From Candidatus Latescibacterota bacterium (lineage in GTDB: Bacteria > Latescibacterota > UBA2968 > GCA-2709665), in NCBI GenBank assembly GCA_965219995.1, contig CBDCOX010000002.1:4896001-4960000 (forward strand): 64,000 nt of DNA. Direction: 5' to 3'. This document shows positions 46,553 through 56,651 of the stretch, in pieces. Every line of letters begins with the position of its first letter. Position 1 is the stretch's first letter. Below the pieces are notes generated by a model. That model searched no databases, was not told the DNA's origin, and was given only the letters and a program-made list of their open reading frames with translations. Both the position numbers and the translations under genes were made by a program.

Positions 46553-47981
46553 TCACCTGTCCGGTTATTAGTGTCGGTAATAATACATCGCGTAGAACGG
46601 CAAGGGCTCGAGATTCTTGCCGCCCAGCCGAGACAAGTGACAGTAGATTCGATGCGAGCAAGTCGAATGTCTCAATGACCTTTGGTGGTGGAACTACTAG
46701 GTCCAGTGAGAGTACAGTATCTGCGGGTGCCCGCTGGTGACTCTTAGACGTCCCGGTAACGAGCGATTGAATCTGGCCGCGAAAGAAGCCTGAACGCGTG
46801 AGGCAGCATATATAGCTCCGAGTGAAGGGTTGGCGTGCCCGAAGAACCAGGAACTCGGTAGAGCAGATTGCTGGTTCGTCGACCCGTACGTCCGGCATCC
46901 AGACACGCTCAATCTCAGGATTGAGTTTGGACAACAGAACCACATCTTGCGGCACCCGGCTCTTGTTACTCTTGATGTTTTTGCCCAATTCCAGCTTCGG
47001 CACTTTCCCTTCGTCATAGGCGGGAATGCTGAAATGACTGAAAACGGTTTCCTGAAAATTTGATGGGTTCACGTTATTCCGAAGTCGAGATACAATGTCG
47101 CCGAATATTCCGACCTTCCACCCCTCCGGTATCTCGCCCAGTTCCGAATCGACGAAGCGATCGGGGAACAGCGCCGCGATGGACGGGTCCATCCTGTCGA
47201 GGTACGCGCGAGCCCGCTCGACCGTCCAACCTGCTGACTTTTCGCCATCAACTCCCCTTTGGGAGGGATGAGTGTGCGAGCCCGAAGTGGAGGGCTGTTT
47301 GAGCGCGGCTTTGGCGCGAACGGGGTCGAAGTCGACGAACCACGAATTGAAGAGCGCCCGGGCCATCTCCTCCAGCGTTTCGTTCATCCGCCGGTTCAAC
47401 TCGATCTTGTCGTCCAGAGTCCCCAGAACATGGGCGATCATGCGCTGCTCGGCGAGCGGCGGGAGAGACAAGGTTAGCTGTTCAAGGTCGCTGGGTCTGA
47501 TGGACGGATAGGCGGATGTGCTGTTTTCGGCGATTGAATGCAGGTAATCGACAATGTGGTTCTGTGCTAAGAACCAATAGATGTATCCCGTGTCTGCACG
47601 CCCATTCCTACCTCTCAAGACTGCAAACCCGGTAGATGCCAAAAAGTTCTCTGGAACGCACTTGAGCAACCCGAAATGCTTCTGGTTGGGGCGTACGGTG
47701 GAGTACACGATGTCCCCTGGTTGGACCTTCCGACGTGCTCTACTCGGTATCTTGTCTTTGCCGGCTTTAAGCTGCTGAATCTCAGAGACGCGATTCTCTG
47801 TAATATTGCCAGTATCAAGGTAGTTGATGTTAGGCCACGCCTCCTTCGGCGAGTAAGTTGCATCGTTGATTACGACGCACTCTCCAAGCGTTATCTCCCG
47901 CCTCTTGCTCTGAGGGACCGTGCTATCCAAGCTCACTCCACCTTGCAGAACCCTGTAGTCTTGCTTAGCCACAATCGCCAT
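46521..47981 (-). CDS. hsdS: Type I restriction-modification specificity subunit S
   Basis: Two TRDs; LPPLAEQRMIAHVLGTLDDKIELNRRMNETLEEMARALF, SELGEIPEGW, LRDVLLPTLITG conserved regions. Confidence 0.95.
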   Translation of the reverse strand: MAIVAKQDYRVLQGGVSLDSTVPQSKRREITLGECVVINDATYSPKEAWPNINYLDTGNITENRVSEIQQLKAGKDKIPSRARRKVQPGDIVYSTVRPNQKHFGLLKCVPENFLASTGFAVLRGRNGRADTGYIYWFLAQNHIVDYLHSIAENSTSAYPSIRPSDLEQLTLSLPPLAEQRMIAHVLGTLDDKIELNRRMNETLEEMARALFNSWFVDFDPVRAKAALKQPSTSGSHTHPSQRGVDGEKSAGWTVERARAYLDRMDPSIAALFPDRFVDSELGEIPEGWKVGIFGDIVSRLRNNVNPSNFQETVFSHFSIPAYDEGKVPKLELGKNIKSNKSRVPQDVVLLSKLNPEIERVWMPDVRVDEPAICSTEFLVLRARQPFTRSYICCLTRSGFFRGQIQSLVTGTSKSHQRAPADTVLSLDLVVPPPKVIETFDLLASNLLSLVSAGRQESRALAVLRDVLLPTLITGQVNVREGGKCVQ

Positions 47982-47986
47982 TACCC

Positions 47987-48229
47987 TCAGTTCGATATCC
48001 GTCGCAAGACCAGAGCATCGACCACATCGGCGCCGTCACGCGCGCTGCCATTCGGACCGGGGTCTCCGTGCTTACCTTCCCAATCGCGCCTCCCGGTGTT
48101 TAAAGCTATCTTGACCAGTGCCATTTGCTCGGGTGACAGGTCGTCGTACCCTTCTTCGTACCCATTCACCACTACGCGCAGGTCAGGTGGGTAGTTTGCC
48201 AACAGTTGGACCAGTTCAGCAACGGTCAT
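47987..48229 (-). CDS. Small hypothetical protein (MTVAEL..YPPDLRVVVNGYEEGYDD)
   Basis: GGAGG RBS; ATGA coupling to the upstream ORF. Confidence 0.7.
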   Translation of the reverse strand: MTVAELVQLLANYPPDLRVVVNGYEEGYDDLSPEQMALVKIALNTGRRDWEGKHGDPGPNGSARDGADVVDALVLRRISN

Positions 48230-48457
48230 GCTTCCTCCATGAGGGCGTCAACCTCAAGACTGAGGGTTGGAAGATCGGTTTCAATGACAAACCACACTGC
48301 CCGTTCATTCACGTCAGCGTAGCCGCGGATCAGTATATTGCGAAAGCCGATGAACAGCTCTGACTCGCTTATCAAGGAGACAATTCGCGGGGCACGTTTT
48401 GCCAAACGATTCAATGCTTCACCGGTGAACCCATACTCCCGCTCTAATGTGGCGCAT
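48226..48457 (-). pseudogene. Truncated HEPN/DUF86 RNase toxin
   Basis: LEREYGFTGEALNRL..IGFRNILIRGYADVN..VW: DUF86 C-terminal half, catalytic RxxxxH reads RNILIR; N-terminus missing. Confidence 0.7.
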
Positions 48458-48486
48458 CACGTTGGTTCTCCTGTCCCGCAATCAGA

Positions 48487-48530
48487 CCCTCTCCCTTTGG
48501 GAGAGGGTGGCGCGCAGCGTCGGGTGAGGG
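48487..48530. repeat. REP family C (CCCTCTCCC-TTT-GGGAGAGGG..GGGTGAGGG)
   Basis: ccctctccctttgggagagggtggcgcgcagcgtcgggtgaggg; also at 48927, 49578, 52303 and 53290. Confidence 0.9.
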
Positions 48531-48549
48531 CGTGCTCCGTAGCGCCGGA

Positions 48550-48723
48550 CTAAGGTGCCACCTCGCCATCTTCCCGCATTCCCTCGATGTGGAACTCGAT
48601 GGCCTCCCGAATCTCCTCCAGCAATTCTTTCCTCGTACTCGCAGTGGCCACGCAGCCGGGCAGGTCGGGTACGTAGGCCGCGTAGTTGTTTGGGGTCCTC
48701 TCGATCACGACGGTAAATTTCAT
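48550..48723 (-). CDS. HicB-family antitoxin (57 aa; absent from the ORF track)
   Basis: Manual translation: MKFTVVIERTPNNYAAYVPDLPGCVATASTRKELLEEIREAIEFHIEGMREDGEVAP; GAGG RBS. Confidence 0.85.
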   Translation of the reverse strand: MKFTVVIERTPNNYAAYVPDLPGCVATASTRKELLEEIREAIEFHIEGMREDGEVAP

Positions 48724-48926
48724 GGATTGATTTCCTCACCCCCTCGAGGATGCTACGGTATCTCTGCGGCAGGTCCAGTCTGTCAGTCATCGGCGCCCTC
48801 TGCCATGGTTTCTTTCAACTCCCTCGCGTCCGCCCGTGCTCCCCAACAGCCCGCATCCTCCGTGGCGGCTCGTCGCGCATCTTCTCGCTGCGCATCGCCT
48901 TTCGGTTCTCCTATCCCGCACTCATA

Positions 48927-49028
48927 CCCTCTCCCTTTGGGAGAGGGTGGCGCGCAGCGCCGGGTGAGGGTGCTTCGCCCCCCTCGGGTGGCGCGCAGCG
49001 CCGGGTGAGGGCGCCTTTGATCCTACAG
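48927..49028. repeat. REP family C with partial tandem duplication
   Basis: Full unit 48927-48970 plus gggtggcgcgcagcgccgggtgagggcgcctttga at 48986-49020. Confidence 0.88.
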
Positions 49029-49038
49029 CTTTGCGCCC

Positions 49039-49494
49039 TTATTGTGGATCTTTCCCGGAGGGAGAGGGGTTTACTGCGTCTGCGATTTCGCTCAGGGCTT
49101 CCAGGGTGTGCAGCAGCATGTGTTTGTTTCTGATTCGGACAACGGTCAACCCGAGAGATTTCAGAAATGCGTCGCGATTTCTGTCCGTCGTGCGGCGCTC
49201 ATCGGAGTCATGGACCGGTCCATCCAATTCCACGACCAGCCGTTTCTCGCGGCAGTAAAAGTCAACGACGTAGTTGCCGATCTGATGTTGGCGCCGGAAC
49301 TTGAGGCCAAGGAACCGTCGGTCCCTGAACAGTTCCCACGCGAAATCTTCCGCGGGAGTCGGCTTCTGCCGCATATCCCGTGCCCGATCCAGCAGCCGGA
49401 AAAACTCCGGACCACCCCTGTAATGACCCTGCTCTTCAGGTAGCGCGTGTTGCGCAGCATGTTGATGGCCGCCACCACCGGTCGCCTTGTCCAC
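49039..49494 (-). CDS. DUF559 (Vsr-like) endonuclease domain protein
   Basis: ARDMRQKPTPAE..W..RDRRFLGLKFRRQHQIGNYVVDFYC..LVVELDGPVH..RDAFL..G..VVRIRN; GTG start at 49494 inferred. Confidence 0.9.
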   Translation of the reverse strand: MDKATGGGGHQHAAQHALPEEQGHYRGGPEFFRLLDRARDMRQKPTPAEDFAWELFRDRRFLGLKFRRQHQIGNYVVDFYCREKRLVVELDGPVHDSDERRTTDRNRDAFLKSLGLTVVRIRNKHMLLHTLEALSEIADAVNPSPSGKDPQ

Positions 49495-49577
49495 CGAACG
49501 ACCCTCTTCCCTTACGACAGAATCGCGCGCATCTTCTTGCCGCACATCGCATCGGTTCACCTGTCCCCCTGTCCCAC

Positions 49578-49630
49578 CCCTCTCCCCTTGGGAGAGGGTG
49601 ACGCGCAGCGTCGGGTGAGGGCGCTTTTGA
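49578..49630. repeat. REP family C
   Basis: ccctctccccttgggagagggtgacgcgcagcgtcgggtgagggcgcttttga. Confidence 0.88.
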
Positions 49631-49683
49631 CTCCGCGACAGGGCACCCGCCGGAGTCATCGTTCGAGGCGATAGCGCCCCGTT

Positions 49684-51423
49684 TCACGCCTCGAATGGCC
49701 GATATTCCACCAGGGCTGACCGTCCTACAATCTCCACGATCCGTACGGTCATCTCGACGCCATTGACATCGGTAAGCCGCAGGTCTTCGCCAGGCACGAA
49801 ATGCACCGGCTGCTGTTGGCCCTGGTTGATGGCGATGTTTGAGGCGTGGAGATATGTCCGGTCAAGGTTGTCTCGAATCAGATTCAGCGATCCTTTCAGC
49901 CCAGGAATTCGGCCGCGGTCTTCGCAAAAAATGACGGCACCGCCGCTTGGAAGCCGATCGAGTTCGATGGTGAGCGCTCCTTCCGACGGTATCCAGTCGC
50001 GTTCGCAGTGCGCGGCAAAACCGTGAACAGCGGCGAATACGGTCATTGGCAGATCGTCCTTATGCAGTCCGATGCTCGCCTCACCCAATGCATCCGTCGT
50101 CGCCTGCTTCCAGGTCTTGTTCGGGAACAGCACGAGCAATTCGGTATTTGGGAGCCTCGTGTCGCCGGCGCTCACGCTGATGAGCACACGGACCGGATTC
50201 GGCTCGGTGGAGGCCGCCGGTAGGGTGACGCGAAGGTCCGCGCCTCCGATCAGATCGAACCGCGGCAGACGCCCGGCGAGTTCCCGGGTCTCTCTGCGAA
50301 TGACGGGGACGCCGTCACCGCGCCGTTCCATGATGAAGAGTCGCCCGCCCGCCCCCTGGATTCCACTGGTTGGCATCCGGCCGAAGACAGAGGCGAGGAC
50401 CTCGTTACGGGTTGCCTGACGATATTCCAATTCTTCAACGGTGAGACTATTGGCGAGTGCGCCGGGTGACTGGATTTCCACCCGATCGGCGAACATGGAC
50501 AGCCGAATCCGGCTGCCGTGCATCGAATAATCGCGGTGCGCCACGGCATTGGCGATAGCCTCGAAAAGGGCTTCTGCGCTGTATTGTGGCAAATCCATGC
50601 GTGCCGGGTCCTTGTAGGCTCCAACGCGCATATTGCGCACGGCAAAGGCGACCGCTTCGGCAATTTGCCGGTTGAGGGGGCCGGTAATAGTCTGGGTATC
50701 TAGCTGGCCGGAGGCTCGATCGGTACCGCGGTAATGTGTGGCCGTAATGCAGGCGTTGGGCAGCCATTCTTCCGGTGTGTGGCAGCAAAAGAGGAGGCCG
50801 GCGACAGTCGCTCGCACGGTTTCGTGTTCATCGAGTCCGACGAGACCCATTTTTTCCAATGCGGTCTCGGGATCGGCCCTGCCTTCCGCGCTCAACAATG
50901 GTCTCCACAGGGCTTCGTCCAGCGTTCCCAAACCGGTGTTGGGCACCGGCTGCTTATCGAACCAAAGAAACCGCGCTTGTCCCCGCCGTTGCGCCAGGCG
51001 CAGCCGCTCATCGCTTGTCATGCGGCGTTTTGAACCGCCTACCCGTACAAAGCTCCCGCCTGGACTATCATGCTGCGATTCGCTTTGAGGTACTTCGACC
51101 AGAAGAAATCTCTTTCCAGCCAGTTCTCTGTGATAGTTGCTGATGCGAACGTCAGGTCTGATTGCGTCAGTGCTGACCTCGACCAGAACAGAGTCTAACT
51201 CGACGATCTGTTCGCGTGACATGCCCTGAATATCCCCCGCGTCAGTGACGCCACAGAGCAGTACACCGCCGGCCGTGTTGGCAAAGGCAGAGATTTCGTC
51301 GGCCCATTCATCGCGGCTCGGACTCTTGGGTCGACTTCCGGAGAACTCGATTTGCTTCAGCCCCCAGTGGCTATCCTCGCCCAGGCGAAGCCGGCGTGTG
51401 ATCTCATCGTCAGTGTAGATCAT
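49684..51423 (-). CDS. Schlafen/AlbA_2 + HATPase_c_4 (RecG-C-like) protein with extra C-terminal domain
   Basis: [63 protein letters not shown]; ATGA overlap with hsdM. Confidence 0.85.
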   Translation of the reverse strand: MIYTDDEITRRLRLGEDSHWGLKQIEFSGSRPKSPSRDEWADEISAFANTAGGVLLCGVTDAGDIQGMSREQIVELDSVLVEVSTDAIRPDVRISNYHRELAGKRFLLVEVPQSESQHDSPGGSFVRVGGSKRRMTSDERLRLAQRRGQARFLWFDKQPVPNTGLGTLDEALWRPLLSAEGRADPETALEKMGLVGLDEHETVRATVAGLLFCCHTPEEWLPNACITATHYRGTDRASGQLDTQTITGPLNRQIAEAVAFAVRNMRVGAYKDPARMDLPQYSAEALFEAIANAVAHRDYSMHGSRIRLSMFADRVEIQSPGALANSLTVEELEYRQATRNEVLASVFGRMPTSGIQGAGGRLFIMERRGDGVPVIRRETRELAGRLPRFDLIGGADLRVTLPAASTEPNPVRVLISVSAGDTRLPNTELLVLFPNKTWKQATTDALGEASIGLHKDDLPMTVFAAVHGFAAHCERDWIPSEGALTIELDRLPSGGAVIFCEDRGRIPGLKGSLNLIRDNLDRTYLHASNIAINQGQQQPVHFVPGEDLRLTDVNGVEMTVRIVEIVGRSALVEYRPFEA

Positions 51424-53132
51424 CGATTGCCACCAAATCCAAGCCGTTGCAGGTTCGCCTCAATTGCCGCATCCAGCTTAGAGGCCTCGGCCTGCTGTTC
51501 GCGCCACTGTTTCGCGAGGCGTTCCATCTTTTCCTCAAAGGGTTCACCATCGTCCGGCTGAGGCTCTGCTCCGACGTAGCGACCGGGCGTGAGGACGTGG
51601 CCGTGTTTGCGAATCTCTTCGAGCGATGCGCTTTTGCAAAATCCCGGAACGTCGTCGTATCCCTCGCCATTGCGCCAGGCGTGGTAGGTGTCCGCGACCT
51701 TGGCGATGTCTTCCGGCGAGAGGTCCCTGTGGGTGCGGTCGACCAGATGGCCCAGCTTTCGAGCGTCGATGAAAAGGGTTTCGCCAACGCGCGCCCTCGC
51801 GCCTCCGCCGGGTGAGGGCGCCCGCGACAGAAACCACAGACACGCGGGTATCTGCGTCGACCGGAACAACTGGCCGGGCAGGGCGACGATGCAGTCCACA
51901 AGGTTGGCCTCGACGATATTCTTACGGATTTCCCCCTCATTCGACTGGTTGGATGACATGGACCCATTGGCCAATACGAAGCCAGCGGTGCCGCGCGGCG
52001 CGAGGTGATAGAGGAAATGCTGCACCCAGGCAAAGTTGGCATTGCCGACGGGTGGGACGCCGAATTCCCACCGCCTGTCCTCGCGCAACCTGTCACCGCC
52101 CCAGTCCGAGACGTTGAAGGGCGGATTGGCGAGGATAAAGTCGGCCTTCATATCCGGATGCCGGTCGTTGTGGAAGCTGTCCCCGTGCTCGATCCGGCCG
52201 TCGATGCCGCGAATCGCCAGGTTCATCCTTGCCATTCGCCAGGTGGTGTAGTTGGACTCCTGTCCGTAGATCGAAATATCTCCTCTTCCGCCGCCTGTAT
52301 GACCCTCTCCCTTTGGGAGAGGGTGGCGCACAGCGCCGGGTGAGGGCGCCTTTGACCCTACAGGGTGGCGCACAGCGCCGGGTGAGGGCGCCTTTGACCC
52401 TACAGGGTGGCGCGCAGCGTCGGGTGAGGGTATCCCGCCGGTATGGGCGTCGATGAACGCCATCGACTGGACGAACATACCGGACGAGCCGCAACACGGG
52501 TCGTAGACTCGCCCCTTGTACGGTTTTAGCATCTCAACCAGCAGACGCACCACGGAGCGCGGGGTATAGAATTCACCGCCTTTCCGACCCTCGGCCAGCG
52601 CGAATTGCTCCAGAAAGTACTCATAGACACTGCCGAGCACGTCCGTCGCCCGGGCTTCCGCCCCGCCTACGTTAATGTTCGTAACCAGGTCCACCACCTG
52701 CCCCAGGCGAGTCTTGTCAAGGTTGGGGCGGGCATAGTCCTTTGGCAAGACGTCCTTGAGCACGGGATTGTCCCGCTCAATAGCGCCCATCGCATCGTCC
52801 AGGGTACGCCCGATGGTGGGCTGGTGGGCCTGCTCCTGAAGCTTCTTCCATCGCGCTTCAGGTGGCACCCAGAAGATGCTCTGGGCGCGGTACTCGTCCG
52901 GGTCTTCCGGGTCCGCGCCTTCAGCGATTTCTTCCACGAGCCTGGCATGGGATTCCTCGAACGCATCCGAAATGTACTTGAGGAAGATCAAGCCCAGAAC
53001 GACGTGCTTGTACTCCGCGGCGTCCATGCTGCCACGCAACGCGTCGGCCATCTGCCACAGTTTGGACCTGAAATCACTCGCTTCGCCGGACTCCGCTTTC
53101 GTCGAGGACTCTCCGCGCCTGCCTTTTGCCAT
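51420..53132 (-). CDS. hsdM: Type I restriction-modification methyltransferase subunit M, with in-frame repeat insertion
   Basis: [51 protein letters not shown]; GAGGAG RBS before ATG 53132. Confidence 0.97.
   Translation of the reverse strand: MAKGRRGESSTKAESGEASDFRSKLWQMADALRGSMDAAEYKHVVLGLIFLKYISDAFEESHARLVEEIAEGADPEDPDEYRAQSIFWVPPEARWKKLQEQAHQPTIGRTLDDAMGAIERDNPVLKDVLPKDYARPNLDKTRLGQVVDLVTNINVGGAEARATDVLGSVYEYFLEQFALAEGRKGGEFYTPRSVVRLLVEMLKPYKGRVYDPCCGSSGMFVQSMAFIDAHTGGIPSPDAARHPVGSKAPSPGAVRHPVGSKAPSPGAVRHPLPKGEGHTGGGRGDISIYGQESNYTTWRMARMNLAIRGIDGRIEHGDSFHNDRHPDMKADFILANPPFNVSDWGGDRLREDRRWEFGVPPVGNANFAWVQHFLYHLAPRGTAGFVLANGSMSSNQSNEGEIRKNIVEANLVDCIVALPGQLFRSTQIPACLWFLSRAPSPGGGARARVGETLFIDARKLGHLVDRTHRDLSPEDIAKVADTYHAWRNGEGYDDVPGFCKSASLEEIRKHGHVLTPGRYVGAEPQPDDGEPFEEKMERLAKQWREQQAEASKLDAAIEANLQRLGFGGNR
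52303..52430. repeat. REP family C with 42-bp tandem units, inside hsdM
   Basis: Unit agggtggcgcacagcgccgggtgagggcgcctttgaccctac x2.6; encodes [14 protein letters not shown] repeats. Confidence 0.92.
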
Positions 53133-53289
53133 CGTATCTGGCTCCTCGGTTGACTGCTCGTTAACTGACCTAATGTAGACTTTAAAGGTACACCCCGAAG
53201 GATTTGCAGTCAACGGAAAACAGAATTTTTGAGACCACGCGCAATATGCGACAATTGTCGAATCTCGCGACACCTCTCCCACAATCATA

Positions 53290-53430
53290 CCCTCTCCCTC
53301 TGGGAGAGGGTGACGCGCAGCGTCGGGTGAGGGCGCCTTTGGTGACGCGCAGCGTCGGGTGAGGGCGCCTTTGGTGACGCGCAGCGTCGGGTGAGGGCGC
53401 CTTTGGTGACGCGCAGCGTCGGGTGAGGGC
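53290..53430. repeat. REP family C with 32-bp tandem units x3.8
   Basis: Unit ggtgacgcgcagcgtcgggtgagggcgccttt at 53309, 53341, 53373 and 53405 (partial). Confidence 0.95.
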
Positions 53431-53436
53431 AAAACC

Positions 53437-53468
53437 AAAACAGGCCTGCGCAACGTCGCGCAAGCCTG
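53437..53468 (-). terminator. Intrinsic terminator downstream of the tRNA
   Basis: Minus strand caggcttgcgc-gacgtt-gcgcaggcctg followed by tttt. Confidence 0.65.
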
Positions 53469-53480
53469 ATTTTGATTTCA

Positions 53481-53556
53481 TGGTGGAGCTGATCGGGATC
53501 GAACCGACGACCTCATGACTGCCAGTCATGCGCTCTCCCAGCTGAGCTACAGCCCC
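53481..53556 (-). tRNA. tRNA-Ala(GGC)
   Basis: Reverse complement GGGGCTGTAGCTCAGCTGGGAGAGCGCATGACTGGCAGTCATGAGGTCGTCGGTTCGATCCCGATCAGCTCCACCA; 76 nt, G3:U70 pair, encoded CCA. Confidence 0.97.
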
Positions 53557-53684
53557 ACCGCTGGGCAATGTGGTGCAAGTGTAACAAAGCGTCGGTTTTC
53601 TGTCAAGCGAAAAGGCCGATTCCGGGCGCTCCGTTCCGGGGATTTCAATCTGTCGAACGGTCCGCGACGGGCTTTCGCAGGTTG

Positions 53685-55691
<2,007 letters not shown>

Positions 55692-55775
55692 TCAGGCGGC
55701 TTTGTCTTAGCCTGGTTTAGTAGTGGAACCAAGATAATCAATGACTTGAGGCAGATGCAAGTCTCTCGCCCGCGT

Positions 55776-56651
55776 CTACCCCCCGCCGGCGAGGATGGCC
55801 AGCAGCCCGAGCATCATCCCCGCCTTGAGAAACCGGTTGATCGCGCGGAGGCGGCGTGTGTCCGGGACGCGCAGGATGGAAACCATGACACCAATCAGCA
55901 GGACGTCGAGCAGGGCAACCAGGACCAGATACGGTAGCCCGTAAAGGCCGAGGAAGTACGGGACCGGGGTGAGGAGAACCACGAGCGCGAAAGCGCCGGC
56001 GGCCAGCCGAAAGGACCTGGCCGGCCCCCAGCGCATGGGTAGCGTTCCGCCGGGCGCCCTGCGGTCACCCGCGACGTCCTGTGCGTCTTTGAGAATCTCG
56101 CGGCCCAGGTGGTAGATGGCTGCAAACAGGGCGGGCACGGCCGCGGCACCGGGTGCGCGGACGGCAAATCCGCCGTAGAAGAAGGCCAGACCGCACAGGA
56201 GGCTCACCACGACGTTGCCCGCCAGCGGGACGTGTTTCAGCAGGCGATTATAGACCACGAGGCATCCGCAGGCGGAAACCGCGGTCGCGATGGCTTCAGG
56301 TGGCAGGAGAACGCTCAGGCCCAGGCCGAGTGAGAAGAGGGCAATGCATGCAACGCCGGCGGCTCGGGGGGTCAGACGGCCGGACGGAAGGGGCCTGCGA
56401 GGGTGGTTGACGCGATCGGATTCCAGGTCCCACAGGTCGTTGAGCGCGTTGCCTCCGGCCATGACGGCCGCCGCGGAAAGCGCGGCGATCCAGAGCGGCG
56501 CCGGCAGCGCGTGCACGCCCAGCCATCCGCCCATCAGCACCGAGGCAAACGTGATTACACAGTTCAGGGGGCGCGTGATCTGCAGGCCCGCGCGGAAGGC
56601 GGCGGCAACGGATCGGTCAGACCGGAGCGGCGCCGGATTCCTTGAAGACAT
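55776..56651 (-). CDS. UbiA-family prenyltransferase, DGGGP-synthase-like
   Basis: TRPLNC, GNALNDLWDLESDRVNHPRRPLPSG, REILKDAQDVAGD..TLP. Confidence 0.8.
   Translation of the reverse strand: MSSRNPAPLRSDRSVAAAFRAGLQITRPLNCVITFASVLMGGWLGVHALPAPLWIAALSAAAVMAGGNALNDLWDLESDRVNHPRRPLPSGRLTPRAAGVACIALFSLGLGLSVLLPPEAIATAVSACGCLVVYNRLLKHVPLAGNVVVSLLCGLAFFYGGFAVRAPGAAAVPALFAAIYHLGREILKDAQDVAGDRRAPGGTLPMRWGPARSFRLAAGAFALVVLLTPVPYFLGLYGLPYLVLVALLDVLLIGVMVSILRVPDTRRLRAINRFLKAGMMLGLLAILAGGG

Noticed and set aside
53290-53430. CRISPR array (32-bp repeats)
   Set aside because: Units are head-to-tail with no unique spacers, and no cas genes are present. The same holds for the 42-bp units in hsdM.
53133-53453. 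107-aa N-terminal extension of HsdM in the ORF track
   Set aside because: It is translated repeat and intergenic DNA; the RBS and HsdM-like sequence start at ATG 53132.
37600-53556. Integrative element or prophage at tRNA-Ala with att duplication
   Set aside because: No integrase or phage genes, and I saw no duplicated tRNA 3' end on visual inspection.
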